This document shows, piece by piece, positions 30,301 through 38,181 of a stretch of DNA of 64,000 nucleotides. Position 1 is the first letter of the stretch, and each line of letters starts with the position of its first letter. The translations under genes and the position numbers were made by a program. The notes below the pieces were generated by a model that saw nothing but the letters and a program-made list of their open reading frames with translations, did no database searches and was not told the DNA's origin. The DNA comes from a virus, in IMG/VR virus record IMGVR_UViG_3300031857_000055, positions 42,542-106,541 of that record; one strand, 5' to 3'.

Positions 30301-33300
30301 GACCATCAGTACTGGACTGTTCCTGACTATATTGACAAGGAAAGCTTTGATTTTAGTTGGCACCCCGATGCTACAGAAGAACCATATATCTATGTATTCG
30401 CTACACAGTGGGCATTTAGTGGCGGGCCAGTATATACGGTTCCGGAAGCTACTGAAATTAAATATGTAGAAGAACAGCTTGCTACAGCACTTCCTAATAA
30501 GGCTAATTGGGAATACGATGCAGATGCAATTGATATTGACAGCTTTGATTTTAGCTGGCACCCATATGTAGAAGATCAGCCCTACATCTATCAGTTTGGT
30601 ACTCAGTGGTGGGAAACAGGTGGCCCTAGATACATTGCCCCCGGTGCCGATGCTGACAGCCCTATCAAATATATTGATACTAGAATTATCAAGGCTACAA
30701 CAAAGTCCAGACTAGACAATTGGGAAATACCCGATACCGTTGATGTTTCTAAATTTGATTTATCTTGGGTACCGCATCCGGAAGACCCGCCCTATATCTA
30801 TGTGTTTGGTAACCAATGGTTCCCTGCTGAAAAGATGCCCACTGTAAAGTATCATGTCGAGGGCGCAACTGAATTAAAGTATGTGTCAACCATTAGTGCT
30901 ACACTAAAGCCAGACATGACAAACTGGAGAATTCCTAAGAATCTTGTCATTAAAGATTTTGACTTTAGTTGGGTACCTGACCCTTACGATCCTCCGTACA
31001 ATTATATATTCGGAAATCAGTGGTACGGAGCTCAAGAAATGACAACGGTGACATACGCTGCTCCGGGGGCTAAAGAAGATAAATTTGTAACTGATATAGT
31101 TGCAACTTTAGGAAAGAACTTAACTAACTGGGAAATTCCTGCAGGAGTCGATGTTCGTAGGTTTGATTTTAGCTGGATACCGCATCCAGCTGCACCCCCT
31201 TATATCTATCAGTTTGGTACATTACAAGATCCTACCGACGGTCCTATATATAATACTCCTAATAATAATGGAGAAACAGTCCGCGTTCCTAGATTAGAGA
31301 CTGATGAAGAATTAAATCCGACAGGAGAGGCCCCATCTGAAATTCAAATCAATAGATATTACCTTACTACTACGATAGAAGACCTTGCTAAGCAACACCC
31401 TGATGAATTGTTCTGGGCATTGAATCCAGACATTGATTATACTAATTTTGATTTCGATTGGAGACCTAGTATTGAACAAGCAGAATACGTTCATGCGTTC
31501 GGTTCTGCTGCCAGTGAAAAGACACAGACATATTTCGTTAACGGTCCACAATGGGTCAAGGGAAATCGTGCTATCAACTGGGTACAAAACGTAGAACTAA
31601 CTGAAAAGGCATTGGCGGAGATGTTCGTTAAGCCTGATATGTTCTTTGTTGATAGAAGCAACCCTGAATCTGCTGCTAGATTTGAAGCACTAAGGGCGAA
31701 ATATGGTACAAGAATTCAGAAGACTCGCTATCTGAATAGCTGGGTTGACACTATCAATCGTTGTGCTAATCGTGCAACGAGTAGTTTGATTTGGGTATTG
31801 AATAGCGAACTTGACTATAGCGATTTTAACTTTGATTACTATCCTAACCCTTGGCAGATGAAGATGGTTCATGTGTTTGGTACTCAGTGGTCACATTGGG
31901 GAACTACATTCATGGTCAACCGTGAGACATTTGCGGAAGACACCAAATATATCAAGATCATTGAACACTTGAGTAATCTAAACTTTGTGAAAGACATTAG
32001 AGCTAAAGCTACAAAATGCAGTCACGATATCATTGTAATTGATCACGGTAATAAAGAAACATCCGATGTTGTATCCATCTTACAGCAGAAGGCGCCGGAC
32101 AGAACAGTTGTTACTACCAAATACAATGGCAGCTATTTGGACACACTAAGAGAAGTTATCAAGCGCCAGCCTGAAAAGAAAGAACATTTCATTTGGGTAT
32201 GCTCAAGTGTTTGCGATTACACTAACTTTGATTTCACATATATCATTGATCCATTTTCAAGAGACAATCTACATGTTTTTCCTAGCGGTAAGCAGAAGTT
32301 CGGAGACACGTTCTTCATTGATGTTAATAATGCAAGAGAAGTAATCAGTGAACTTGACAAGCTTGAAAACTTTACTAAGGTAAATTATAATGGTGCTGTG
32401 AAGGCAGAACGCCTAAAAGAACCAATCATCGTCATTAGTGATGACACTCATACGAGTTCAATTGACAAAATTACTGACTTCCCTTATGCGACATTAATTA
32501 CAAGTGATAACGTTGACATTGGTAAGGTTGACATAGAGCCAATGAATCTATGGTCAGCCGAAACTAAGAATATCTACGTGACAAGCACAGGTTCTACTAG
32601 AATTGTTGCTCCTAAAGAAATCAAGGATCACGTTAAGAAAGAGCTATACGAATATCCATATATCAAACGTGCTCCTAAGCTGGCATTGTCAAATCCATTA
32701 GACATTGTGTTCTTGAGTAACGGAGAAACTGGAGCAGAAGAACATTATGAGCATTTGCTGAATATCACTAAGAATCTCCCTAACAGAGTAGTGAGAGTGG
32801 ATGGCGTGAATGGTCGTGCAGCAGCATATCACGCAGCAGCAGAAGCAAGCAACACTCCTTGGATGTTCACTGTGTTTGCTAAGCTGAAGGTCAGTCCTAA
32901 GTTTGACTTTAACTGGCAACCAGATAGAATGCAGAGTCCAAAGCATTATATCTTCCATGCAAAGAATCCTGTTAATGGATTGGTATATGGTCACCAAGCA
33001 ATGATTGCGTACAATAAGAAGCTAACTCTAGCCAATGACGGTAAAGGACTAGACTTTACATTAGATGATGAGCATGAAGTTGTTCCGTTGATTTCAGGTA
33101 CTGCTCAATACAACACTGATGAGTTCTCAACATGGAGAACAGCATTCAGAGAGGTCATCAAGCTTAGAGCAGATGATAGCGAAGTGTCTAAGGAAAGACT
33201 TGATGCATGGTTGAATAAGGCAGAGGGTGACTTTGCTCAATACAGCATCAAGGGTGCGTTGGATGCAGACGAGTATTACGATGAAGTAGACGGCGACTTT

Positions 33301-33360
33301 GACCAGTTGAAGTTGAGCTATGAGTGGGCTTGGCTCAGAGAAAAATTTGACCAAATCTGA
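27370..33360 (+). CDS. 1996-aa repeat protein with degenerate GT-A-like modules
   Basis: 18 close copies of FD(F/Y)SWxP..PYIY; C-terminal domain DIVFLSNGE..RVDGVNGRAAAYHAAA..NGLVYG..WRTAFRE similar to ORF 2..949. Confidence 0.8.
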   Translation: MLRDVFYYGKKPNVHPREQFAENLADARLKATTRDFWIINEFCDYRNFDWDFDFEFLPDEDVWAEDHNNVWPSQHQKDSGTWLCSKEHSDLIIYRGDVDPVIRKNEKTDHWVELDLINHNKFDFSWHPDPTDPPYIYKWPCKFFPAEFKHVLEYRVPGATQEKYMNTIAELVPEYDRWEEHQAIDKDRFDMSWRPNPLDPPFTYVWGNKYIDGTLRPTLEYHTPGATDKKYMSELVPVLPETDRWSIVEDIDKTSFDFSWRPDPREPAFIYVFGNEQYDGTIMPTVEYHCPDANEIKYVTDIKAKLSSKRELFEHLEDSYGLDYTWRPDPTSPPYIYAWGNQWNAPEDKISVQYVVDGATEYKYMTDRAVRRPCMDNWIVPKDVDTTGFDFSWEPSPAAPPYIYEFATQWQKTGGPQYVVPGATEKQYVDFQKVRKLPSVDNWNVPDNIDSTTFDFSWHPDDTSPPYIYVFATQWAFSGGPVYKVEGATEIKYVDEQVATAKPDRTNWVYDEKLIDIAEFDFSWHPYVEDQPYIYQFGTQWQKTGGPKYITSGADSSSPVKYIDTRIIKSTRLPTPDNKCWNNLYPIKDFDYSWHPDDTEEPYIYVFGNTQYPAEECATIEYRMEGATQVKYVRDIVATLDIDMTNWVIPKNVDCAGFDFSWIPNPNDPLYIYEFGTQHQKTGGPRYVVSNATEIKYIDSQKVIILPNKSDWFIPDNVDVAEFDFSWHPDDTDPPYIYQFGTQWALSGGPRYVVDGATEIKYMDNLVAKALPDRTNWVYDENLIDVAEFDFSWHPYAEDDPYIYQIGTQWQKTGGPKYITPGADLSSPVKYIDTRIIKARRLENPENTCWVRNYPIKHFDYSWHPDETEEPYIYVFGNKQFLAEECATVEYRIPGATTVKYIPDIIATLDVNMDKWVVPDNIDTTDFDFSWIPNPSEPPYIYEFGTQWQKTGGPKYVMPGAWRGTKYVDDQTAKRLPDHQYWTVPDYIDKESFDFSWHPDATEEPYIYVFATQWAFSGGPVYTVPEATEIKYVEEQLATALPNKANWEYDADAIDIDSFDFSWHPYVEDQPYIYQFGTQWWETGGPRYIAPGADADSPIKYIDTRIIKATTKSRLDNWEIPDTVDVSKFDLSWVPHPEDPPYIYVFGNQWFPAEKMPTVKYHVEGATELKYVSTISATLKPDMTNWRIPKNLVIKDFDFSWVPDPYDPPYNYIFGNQWYGAQEMTTVTYAAPGAKEDKFVTDIVATLGKNLTNWEIPAGVDVRRFDFSWIPHPAAPPYIYQFGTLQDPTDGPIYNTPNNNGETVRVPRLETDEELNPTGEAPSEIQINRYYLTTTIEDLAKQHPDELFWALNPDIDYTNFDFDWRPSIEQAEYVHAFGSAASEKTQTYFVNGPQWVKGNRAINWVQNVELTEKALAEMFVKPDMFFVDRSNPESAARFEALRAKYGTRIQKTRYLNSWVDTINRCANRATSSLIWVLNSELDYSDFNFDYYPNPWQMKMVHVFGTQWSHWGTTFMVNRETFAEDTKYIKIIEHLSNLNFVKDIRAKATKCSHDIIVIDHGNKETSDVVSILQQKAPDRTVVTTKYNGSYLDTLREVIKRQPEKKEHFIWVCSSVCDYTNFDFTYIIDPFSRDNLHVFPSGKQKFGDTFFIDVNNAREVISELDKLENFTKVNYNGAVKAERLKEPIIVISDDTHTSSIDKITDFPYATLITSDNVDIGKVDIEPMNLWSAETKNIYVTSTGSTRIVAPKEIKDHVKKELYEYPYIKRAPKLALSNPLDIVFLSNGETGAEEHYEHLLNITKNLPNRVVRVDGVNGRAAAYHAAAEASNTPWMFTVFAKLKVSPKFDFNWQPDRMQSPKHYIFHAKNPVNGLVYGHQAMIAYNKKLTLANDGKGLDFTLDDEHEVVPLISGTAQYNTDEFSTWRTAFREVIKLRADDSEVSKERLDAWLNKAEGDFAQYSIKGALDADEYYDEVDGDFDQLKLSYEWAWLREKFDQI
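27700..31260 (+). repeat. Intragenic tandem repeats of about 65-70 aa, with a 4-unit higher-order period of about 807-810 bp
   Basis: Matching Trp codons in NWVYDE/NWVYDE/NWEYDA at 28891, 29698 and 30508; near-identical DNA around the first two. Confidence 0.88.
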
Positions 33361-33370
33361 CATAAACCGG

Positions 33371-33399
33371 TTGACAACGATAAAAAAGATAAGTATAGT
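33371..33399 (+). promoter_or_regulatory. Sigma70-type promoter
   Basis: TTGACA-17-TATAGT. Confidence 0.7.
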
Positions 33400-33409
33400 A
33401 GAGGGTAAT

Positions 33410-33547
33410 ATGAAAGAAAATATTTTATACAATCAAAAATTTCTAGCCACAGCCGTGCTAGTAACTCCCTTAATTCCGGTGATAGCGTATGCCACATACA
33501 GGCTGGCACTTGAAGTTTGGTGTATCGCATACGGTTTAATCTACTAA
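33410..33547 (+). CDS. Small hydrophobic protein
   Basis: GAGGG SD after the promoter; hydrophobic 45 aa. Confidence 0.5.
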   Translation: MKENILYNQKFLATAVLVTPLIPVIAYATYRLALEVWCIAYGLIY

Positions 33548-33565
33548 CAGCCAAAGGAGGCTACT

Positions 33566-33928
33566 ATGAAGAAGATTGTTTCGCTTATTACAATGACTGC
33601 AATGCTTGCAGTTTCTACTCCTGCTTATGCAGATCATAGGCAACGTGATTATCGCTGGGGTAATGACAGAAATGTACACAGCCCTTATCATAGACAGCAT
33701 CATCGTCGTGATCGTGGTGTAAGCACTGAAGGTGCAATTATCATCGGCCTTGGAGCATTGCTTGTAGGTAAGGCTATTGCTGATAGTAATAACCGTCGTC
33801 GCAATCGTGAAGTAATCGTAGTAGAACGTCATCAGCCGCAACCTCGCCAAATTTGCGAAGACATAGTTCAGCGTGACTATTACGGCAACCCATATGTTGC
33901 TGGTCGTAACTGCTGGTATGAACAGTGA
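33566..33928 (+). CDS. Secreted protein with signal peptide and glycine-zipper-like segment
   Basis: AAGGAGG SD; MKK..PAYA|D; His/Arg-rich stretch; GAIIIGLGALLVG; two Cys. Confidence 0.75.
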   Translation: MKKIVSLITMTAMLAVSTPAYADHRQRDYRWGNDRNVHSPYHRQHHRRDRGVSTEGAIIIGLGALLVGKAIADSNNRRRNREVIVVERHQPQPRQICEDIVQRDYYGNPYVAGRNCWYEQ

Positions 33929-34089
33929 TTGATTGGTCCGGTATGCGTCCTGTTCGTGAGCCAACAAGGAAAGAGCGAGGACGCTATCAGCGTTGGGTAA
34001 AGTACCTCAAGGACTCAAAACTCACCGAACAGCAAATTCATGAACGAGCAGCTAGGTTAACTGAATTGGGTCGTGACCCTGATCTATAA
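33925..34089 (+). CDS. Hypothetical 54-aa protein (not in ORF track)
   Basis: GTGA overlap; open frame IDWSGMRPVREPTRKERGRYQRWVKYLK... Confidence 0.5.
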   Translation: MIDWSGMRPVREPTRKERGRYQRWVKYLKDSKLTEQQIHERAARLTELGRDPDL

Positions 34090-34091
34090 TT

Positions 34092-34259
34092 ATGGTAGTT
34101 TGTAATTGTAGAAACATCAGGGAATCGCAATTCACCTGCAGGGAAGAACTAGCTGCCCGCATTTTACAAGACGATTATTGTTGTGGTACATGCTTAGACG
34201 AGTTTTTACCAAACGACAATAAAAAGATTGACACAGATCACCAAATAGTATATAAATAG
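34092..34259 (+). CDS. bfd: BFD-like [2Fe-2S] ferredoxin (not in ORF track)
   Basis: MVVCNCRNIRE...CCGTCL: N-terminal CxC plus CGxC in 55 aa. Confidence 0.68.
   Translation: MVVCNCRNIRESQFTCREELAARILQDDYCCGTCLDEFLPNDNKKIDTDHQIVYK
34228..34258 (+). promoter_or_regulatory. tmRNA promoter, sigma70-type overlapping a late TATAAATA
   Basis: TTGACA 34228, 17 nt, TATAAATA 34251-34258. Confidence 0.7.
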
Positions 34260-34261
34260 TT

Positions 34262-34503
34262 TATCAGTTGTTTGATGCAATCTGATGTTTGTGCAGGACC
34301 CGGGGGCGGTACCCGGCGCCTCCACCATAAACTTATGGGGGCGAAATAGGATCGACTGCAAGGCAGAGGTGAGAGTAGACTGATTGGTTGGCCGCATATA
34401 AGCCAAAAACTGTAAATGTCGCAGCTAATGACAACAATGTGGATCTTGCCCTAGCGGCATGATTTTACGGGGTCCGGGGAGGACCTAGCAACAGAACCTC
34501 CCC
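34262..34503 (+). ncRNA. ssrA: Circularly permuted (two-piece) tmRNA, alphaproteobacterial type
   Basis: T-arm and acceptor GACCCGGGGGCGGTACCCGGCGCCTCCACCA ending 34327 precede the 5' piece GGGGGCGAAATAGGATCGAC at 34337; G3.U70; tag (A)ANDNNVDLALAA-stop at 34421-34462; terminal GGGGAGG..GCAACAGAA..CCTCCCC. Ends approximate. Confidence 0.95.
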
Positions 34504-34521
34504 ATCACTCTCCGTACTTGA

Positions 34522-34527
34522 TAAATA
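34522..34527 (+). promoter_or_regulatory. T4-like late promoter TAAATA
   Basis: 4 nt before ATG 34532. Confidence 0.55.
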
Positions 34528-34531
34528 CAGT

Positions 34532-36610
34532 ATGGACATTAATGAATTAGAATCCTTTAAACTTAGTGACGCTGTAACATTCCACAAGGAATTGAACCCT
34601 AAGTTGTGGGAAGGTAATAAGCTTGACCCGGCAGTACGTGATCAGCTATTGGTGATTGCCGAAGACTTTGTAGAATATCTAGGCATTAGTAATCTTAAAG
34701 TTAGAGACGTTACTATCTCAGGTAGTAACGCTGCCTATTCATATACTCCTCACAGTGACTTAGACTTGCACATATTGGTAGACTTCAATGAACTACCAAA
34801 CAACGAAGTGTACCAAGAACTATTCACAGCAAAGAAAACATTATACAACGATGCCCACGACATTACAGTTCGTGATGTTCCTGTAGAATTATATGTACAG
34901 GACACTAACCAACCCCATTTTAGCTTAGGTGAATACAGCGTTGTCTATGACAAATGGATTCGTATTCCTAAAAAGCGTAAAGCAAACTTTGACGAAGCTG
35001 CAACCAAAGCAAAGTATGAGAAGCTTGGTGACCTCGTTGAGTTGGCATTGAAGTCACGAGATCCAAAAAGAGTCAACGATACCCTCGCACTAATCAAGCG
35101 TTATCGCAAGAGCGGACTAGAGAAAGCTGGCGAGTTTGGCCCTGAGAATCTGGCATTCAAAGCAATCAGAAAGCAGGGACTGATTCAAGACCTACACGAC
35201 CTCAAAGCACAATTACACGCTGAAAAGTTAAGCATTGACGAATATGCTAACGAAGATTATGATCCAAACGGTCCGCCCCCTGGACCTGAATTTAAGCCTA
35301 CGATGCCAGCCGGTACAGTCAGAGTAGACGTTAGTGACGTATACGATTGGTACAAGCTAGGACAGCATATCAGCAATATGAAAGGCTTAGGCAAGCACGA
35401 CTTTGGTAAAGGACCTCCCAGCACCATTCTATCATTCGGTGATGAAGATACCGAACACAAATATATTCAAGACTTAGAAAAGACTGGTCTAACCACAACT
35501 GACATTGACCCAGTCGATCCTAATCAACCTAAGGGTATGAAGCGTCAAAAGACTGACCCTACATTTAATGTCAACGAGACAGACGATAGGAAAGCCGCAG
35601 TACTCAAGATTCAGAAACACTTGAATAAGAAGTATGGCGCTAACCTTGACCTTGATGGTAAGCTAGGTCCGTTGACTCTCAAATCAATCAACAAGTTTAT
35701 GCCTAGAGCAAAGACTGGATTAGCTGATGAGCCTAATAAGACAACAGCCGTGCAGGGTAAGAAGCTAAAAGAAGCTGATAAGACATTAGGCATTACATTC
35801 ACCCAAGAGCCGTATGAAGGTTGGAATGGCATGGGTGCAATGATCACTGCCTACGCCGACGGTGATCAGGTTGGTCAAGTTATTTTTGAGCCTACCGATA
35901 GCGATAAAAATAAATGGTATGCAACTGAGGTTGAAGTAGAAGATGAATTTCAGCGTAGAGGCATAGCGACTACTATGTATGATATGGCTAAGAAAATTGC
36001 TCAAAAAGCAAACGCAGTCATTGTGCCGAGTCATGCTCAAACCTCTGATGCAAAAGGGTTATGGAAAGACAAGAAAATTTGGGAAGCATCAGGATACATT
36101 CCTAGCGAGAAAGAAAAGAACGATCCTCGCTTTAAGACTGCATTGACCGTTGATGTAAAGCCAGATAGCATTAAGAAGAATGCCAAAGCGTTTAACTGGA
36201 AAACATCACGAGCCGGCATTCCGCCACAAGCCAGAGCAGATGGTAAACTTGCGGAAGACCTAATGCGAGAGTTTAAAAGTTTTTTGCTTGAAGATAAGCA
36301 GCCCAAAGTAGGGTATCATGTCACTGCTACAAAAAACTTACCAGTCATACGTAAGAACGGAATCAACGCAGATAGACGGGGCAATAGCTATGTTTGGGAT
36401 ACACTTGAAATGGCTGAATGGTTCACCGACTTTCAGAATGATGAGGGTCAAGATAGAACGATATTAAAAATAGATATGACAGGCATTGATGCCCGCCCTG
36501 ACCCGGAAGCCGAAGACATGAGTGAATGGTCAAGTAGATTTGAGCCCGGCACGAACGGCGGTGCTTGGATAGTATCAGGTTCTATTCCACCGGACAAAAT
36601 CATAGGTTGA
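34532..36610 (+). CDS. Multidomain protein: Pol-beta nucleotidyltransferase, unknown module, peptidoglycan-binding-like, GNAT, ART/Tpt1-like
   Basis: SGSNA..SDLDLH..VELY; VLKIQKHL..LDLDGKLGPLT; VEDEFQRRGIATTMY; GYHVT..IRKNGI..ILKID..IPP. Confidence 0.72.
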   Translation: MDINELESFKLSDAVTFHKELNPKLWEGNKLDPAVRDQLLVIAEDFVEYLGISNLKVRDVTISGSNAAYSYTPHSDLDLHILVDFNELPNNEVYQELFTAKKTLYNDAHDITVRDVPVELYVQDTNQPHFSLGEYSVVYDKWIRIPKKRKANFDEAATKAKYEKLGDLVELALKSRDPKRVNDTLALIKRYRKSGLEKAGEFGPENLAFKAIRKQGLIQDLHDLKAQLHAEKLSIDEYANEDYDPNGPPPGPEFKPTMPAGTVRVDVSDVYDWYKLGQHISNMKGLGKHDFGKGPPSTILSFGDEDTEHKYIQDLEKTGLTTTDIDPVDPNQPKGMKRQKTDPTFNVNETDDRKAAVLKIQKHLNKKYGANLDLDGKLGPLTLKSINKFMPRAKTGLADEPNKTTAVQGKKLKEADKTLGITFTQEPYEGWNGMGAMITAYADGDQVGQVIFEPTDSDKNKWYATEVEVEDEFQRRGIATTMYDMAKKIAQKANAVIVPSHAQTSDAKGLWKDKKIWEASGYIPSEKEKNDPRFKTALTVDVKPDSIKKNAKAFNWKTSRAGIPPQARADGKLAEDLMREFKSFLLEDKQPKVGYHVTATKNLPVIRKNGINADRRGNSYVWDTLEMAEWFTDFQNDEGQDRTILKIDMTGIDARPDPEAEDMSEWSSRFEPGTNGGAWIVSGSIPPDKIIG

Positions 36611-36635
36611 CAATGACCCAAAACTATTGTAGTGT
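36607..36635 (+). promoter_or_regulatory. Sigma70-type promoter
   Basis: TTGACA-17-TAGTGT, ATG 6 nt later. Confidence 0.55.
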
Positions 36636-36641
36636 GAGATT

Positions 36642-36902
36642 ATGGCAAAGACATTCAACACCGCAATAGAAGCTAGGGAAATTATCATAGACCTACGCAA
36701 GCAGTTGAATAGACTGCCATACAATCCTGACCTCAGGAAACTCTGCAACAACATCGGTGAAATGAATTCCCAGCTCAGCCGGCTTGAGGTTGAAGTTAGG
36801 CAGACCCGCAAGACTTACAAGTTTGACGCACATAAGGAAGAAATGGTCAAGGCTATCAAGCATCTTGAACAGCTTATCCTTATGGCAAAACTGATGGCAT
36901 AA
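36642..36902 (+). CDS. Hypothetical helical protein
   Basis: ORF directly after the promoter. Confidence 0.65.
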   Translation: MAKTFNTAIEAREIIIDLRKQLNRLPYNPDLRKLCNNIGEMNSQLSRLEVEVRQTRKTYKFDAHKEEMVKAIKHLEQLILMAKLMA

Positions 36903-36930
36903 AAAAATATCCACTACGGCGAAAAAGTGG

Positions 36931-36959
36931 TTGACTTACCCCTCACAATCACGTATAAC
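36931..36959 (+). promoter_or_regulatory. Sigma70-type promoter
   Basis: TTGACT-17-TATAAC with A-rich upstream region. Confidence 0.7.
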
Positions 36960-37020
36960 AAGACTATAGAGAGCAACGAAGCAAACACTCTCTATTTGTT
37001 CAAACTAAGGAGCTTAAATT

Positions 37021-38121
37021 ATGTCTCAAATGTCCGATAATCTCACTATCACTTCTATTCAGGCCCGTAAGGCTATTCTCGCTGCGTTCAAGGCAAAGCG
37101 TCCTGTCTTCCTCTGGGGCCCTCCGGGTATTGGTAAGTCTGAATGCGTTCAGGAAATCACTGATGAACTCGGTGGCTACATGGTCGATCTTCGCATGGCG
37201 CAGATGGAACCGACTGACATTCGCGGTATCCCTTACTTCAACAAGGAAATCGGCAAGATGGATTGGGCCGAGCCCGTCGATCTTCCCAGCGAAGAACTCG
37301 CTGCACAGTATCCGATTGTCGTTCTTTTCCTTGACGAAATGAACTCTGCCCCGCCCGCTGTTCAGGCTGCTGGTTATCAGCTTATTCTGAACCGTCGTGT
37401 TGGTAAGTATAAGCTGCCTGATAACGTTGTTATCGTTGCTGCTGGTAACCGCGATAGCGACAAGGGTGTTACGTATCGTATGCCGATGCCGCTTGCTAAC
37501 CGTTTCGTTCACCTTGAAATGCGCCCTGACTTCAACTCTTGGCAGCAGTGGGCTGTTAACAAGGGCGTTCACAAGGACGTTGTTGGTTATCTCTCGTTCG
37601 CTAAGCAGGACATGTATGACTTTGATGCTAAGGCTTCGTCTCGTGCCTTCGCTACCCCGCGTTCGTGGGTGTTCGTGAGCGACCTGCTCACTGACGAGGA
37701 CAACGTTGATAACGATACGCTGTTCAACCTCGTTGCTGGTGCTGTCGGTGACGGTCTCGCTACTAAGTTCATGGCACATCGTCGTGTTGCTGGTCAGATG
37801 CCGAACCCTGCTGACATTCTTGATGGTAAGGTCAAGGACCTTAAGGTCAAGGAAATCTCCGCGATGTATTCGCTTACGATTTCTATGTGCTACGAACTCA
37901 AGGAAGCACTTGACAACAAGCGTGTTGACACTAAGCAGTTCCACGTGATGGCCGATAACTTCTTTGAATACATCATGAAGAACTTCGAAACTGAACTGGT
38001 TGTGATGGGTGCTAAGATTGCGCTTAAGACGTACCGTCTGCCGATTGAGCCCTCGCAGCTTTCTAACTTTGACGAGTTCCACAAGAAGTACGGTAAGTAC
38101 ATCGTGGAAGCTGGCAACTAA
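37021..38121 (+). CDS. MoxR-like AAA+ ATPase
   Basis: GPPGIGKS, LFLDE, AAGNR, LANRF, ATPRSW; TAAGGAG SD. Confidence 0.9.
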   Translation: MSQMSDNLTITSIQARKAILAAFKAKRPVFLWGPPGIGKSECVQEITDELGGYMVDLRMAQMEPTDIRGIPYFNKEIGKMDWAEPVDLPSEELAAQYPIVVLFLDEMNSAPPAVQAAGYQLILNRRVGKYKLPDNVVIVAAGNRDSDKGVTYRMPMPLANRFVHLEMRPDFNSWQQWAVNKGVHKDVVGYLSFAKQDMYDFDAKASSRAFATPRSWVFVSDLLTDEDNVDNDTLFNLVAGAVGDGLATKFMAHRRVAGQMPNPADILDGKVKDLKVKEISAMYSLTISMCYELKEALDNKRVDTKQFHVMADNFFEYIMKNFETELVVMGAKIALKTYRLPIEPSQLSNFDEFHKKYGKYIVEAGN

Positions 38122-38134
38122 GCCAGCAAGCTCC

Positions 38135-38168
38135 GGGGGAGGGTTCGAGACAGCCCTCCCCCATTTTT
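38135..38168 (+). terminator. Intrinsic terminator
   Basis: GGGGGAGGG..CCCTCCCCC followed by ATTTTT. Confidence 0.7.
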
Positions 38169-38181
38169 CGTAGGTATTAAT

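Noticed and set aside
27700-31260. CRISPR array or DGR template/variable repeats
   Set aside because: Repeats are in-frame coding units with largely synonymous divergence; no spacers, cas genes or reverse transcriptase seen
1-33360. Bacterial chromosomal LPS/capsule locus or chimeric contig
   Set aside because: No flippase, polymerase or transporter genes; the same late promoter motif and small-protein family occur in both the cluster and the phage core region
34295-34327. Standalone tRNA gene
   Set aside because: T-arm and CCA have no upstream anticodon arm; explained by the permuted tmRNA
34206-34406. 66-aa minus-strand ORF
   Set aside because: Overlaps the tmRNA gene on the opposite strand
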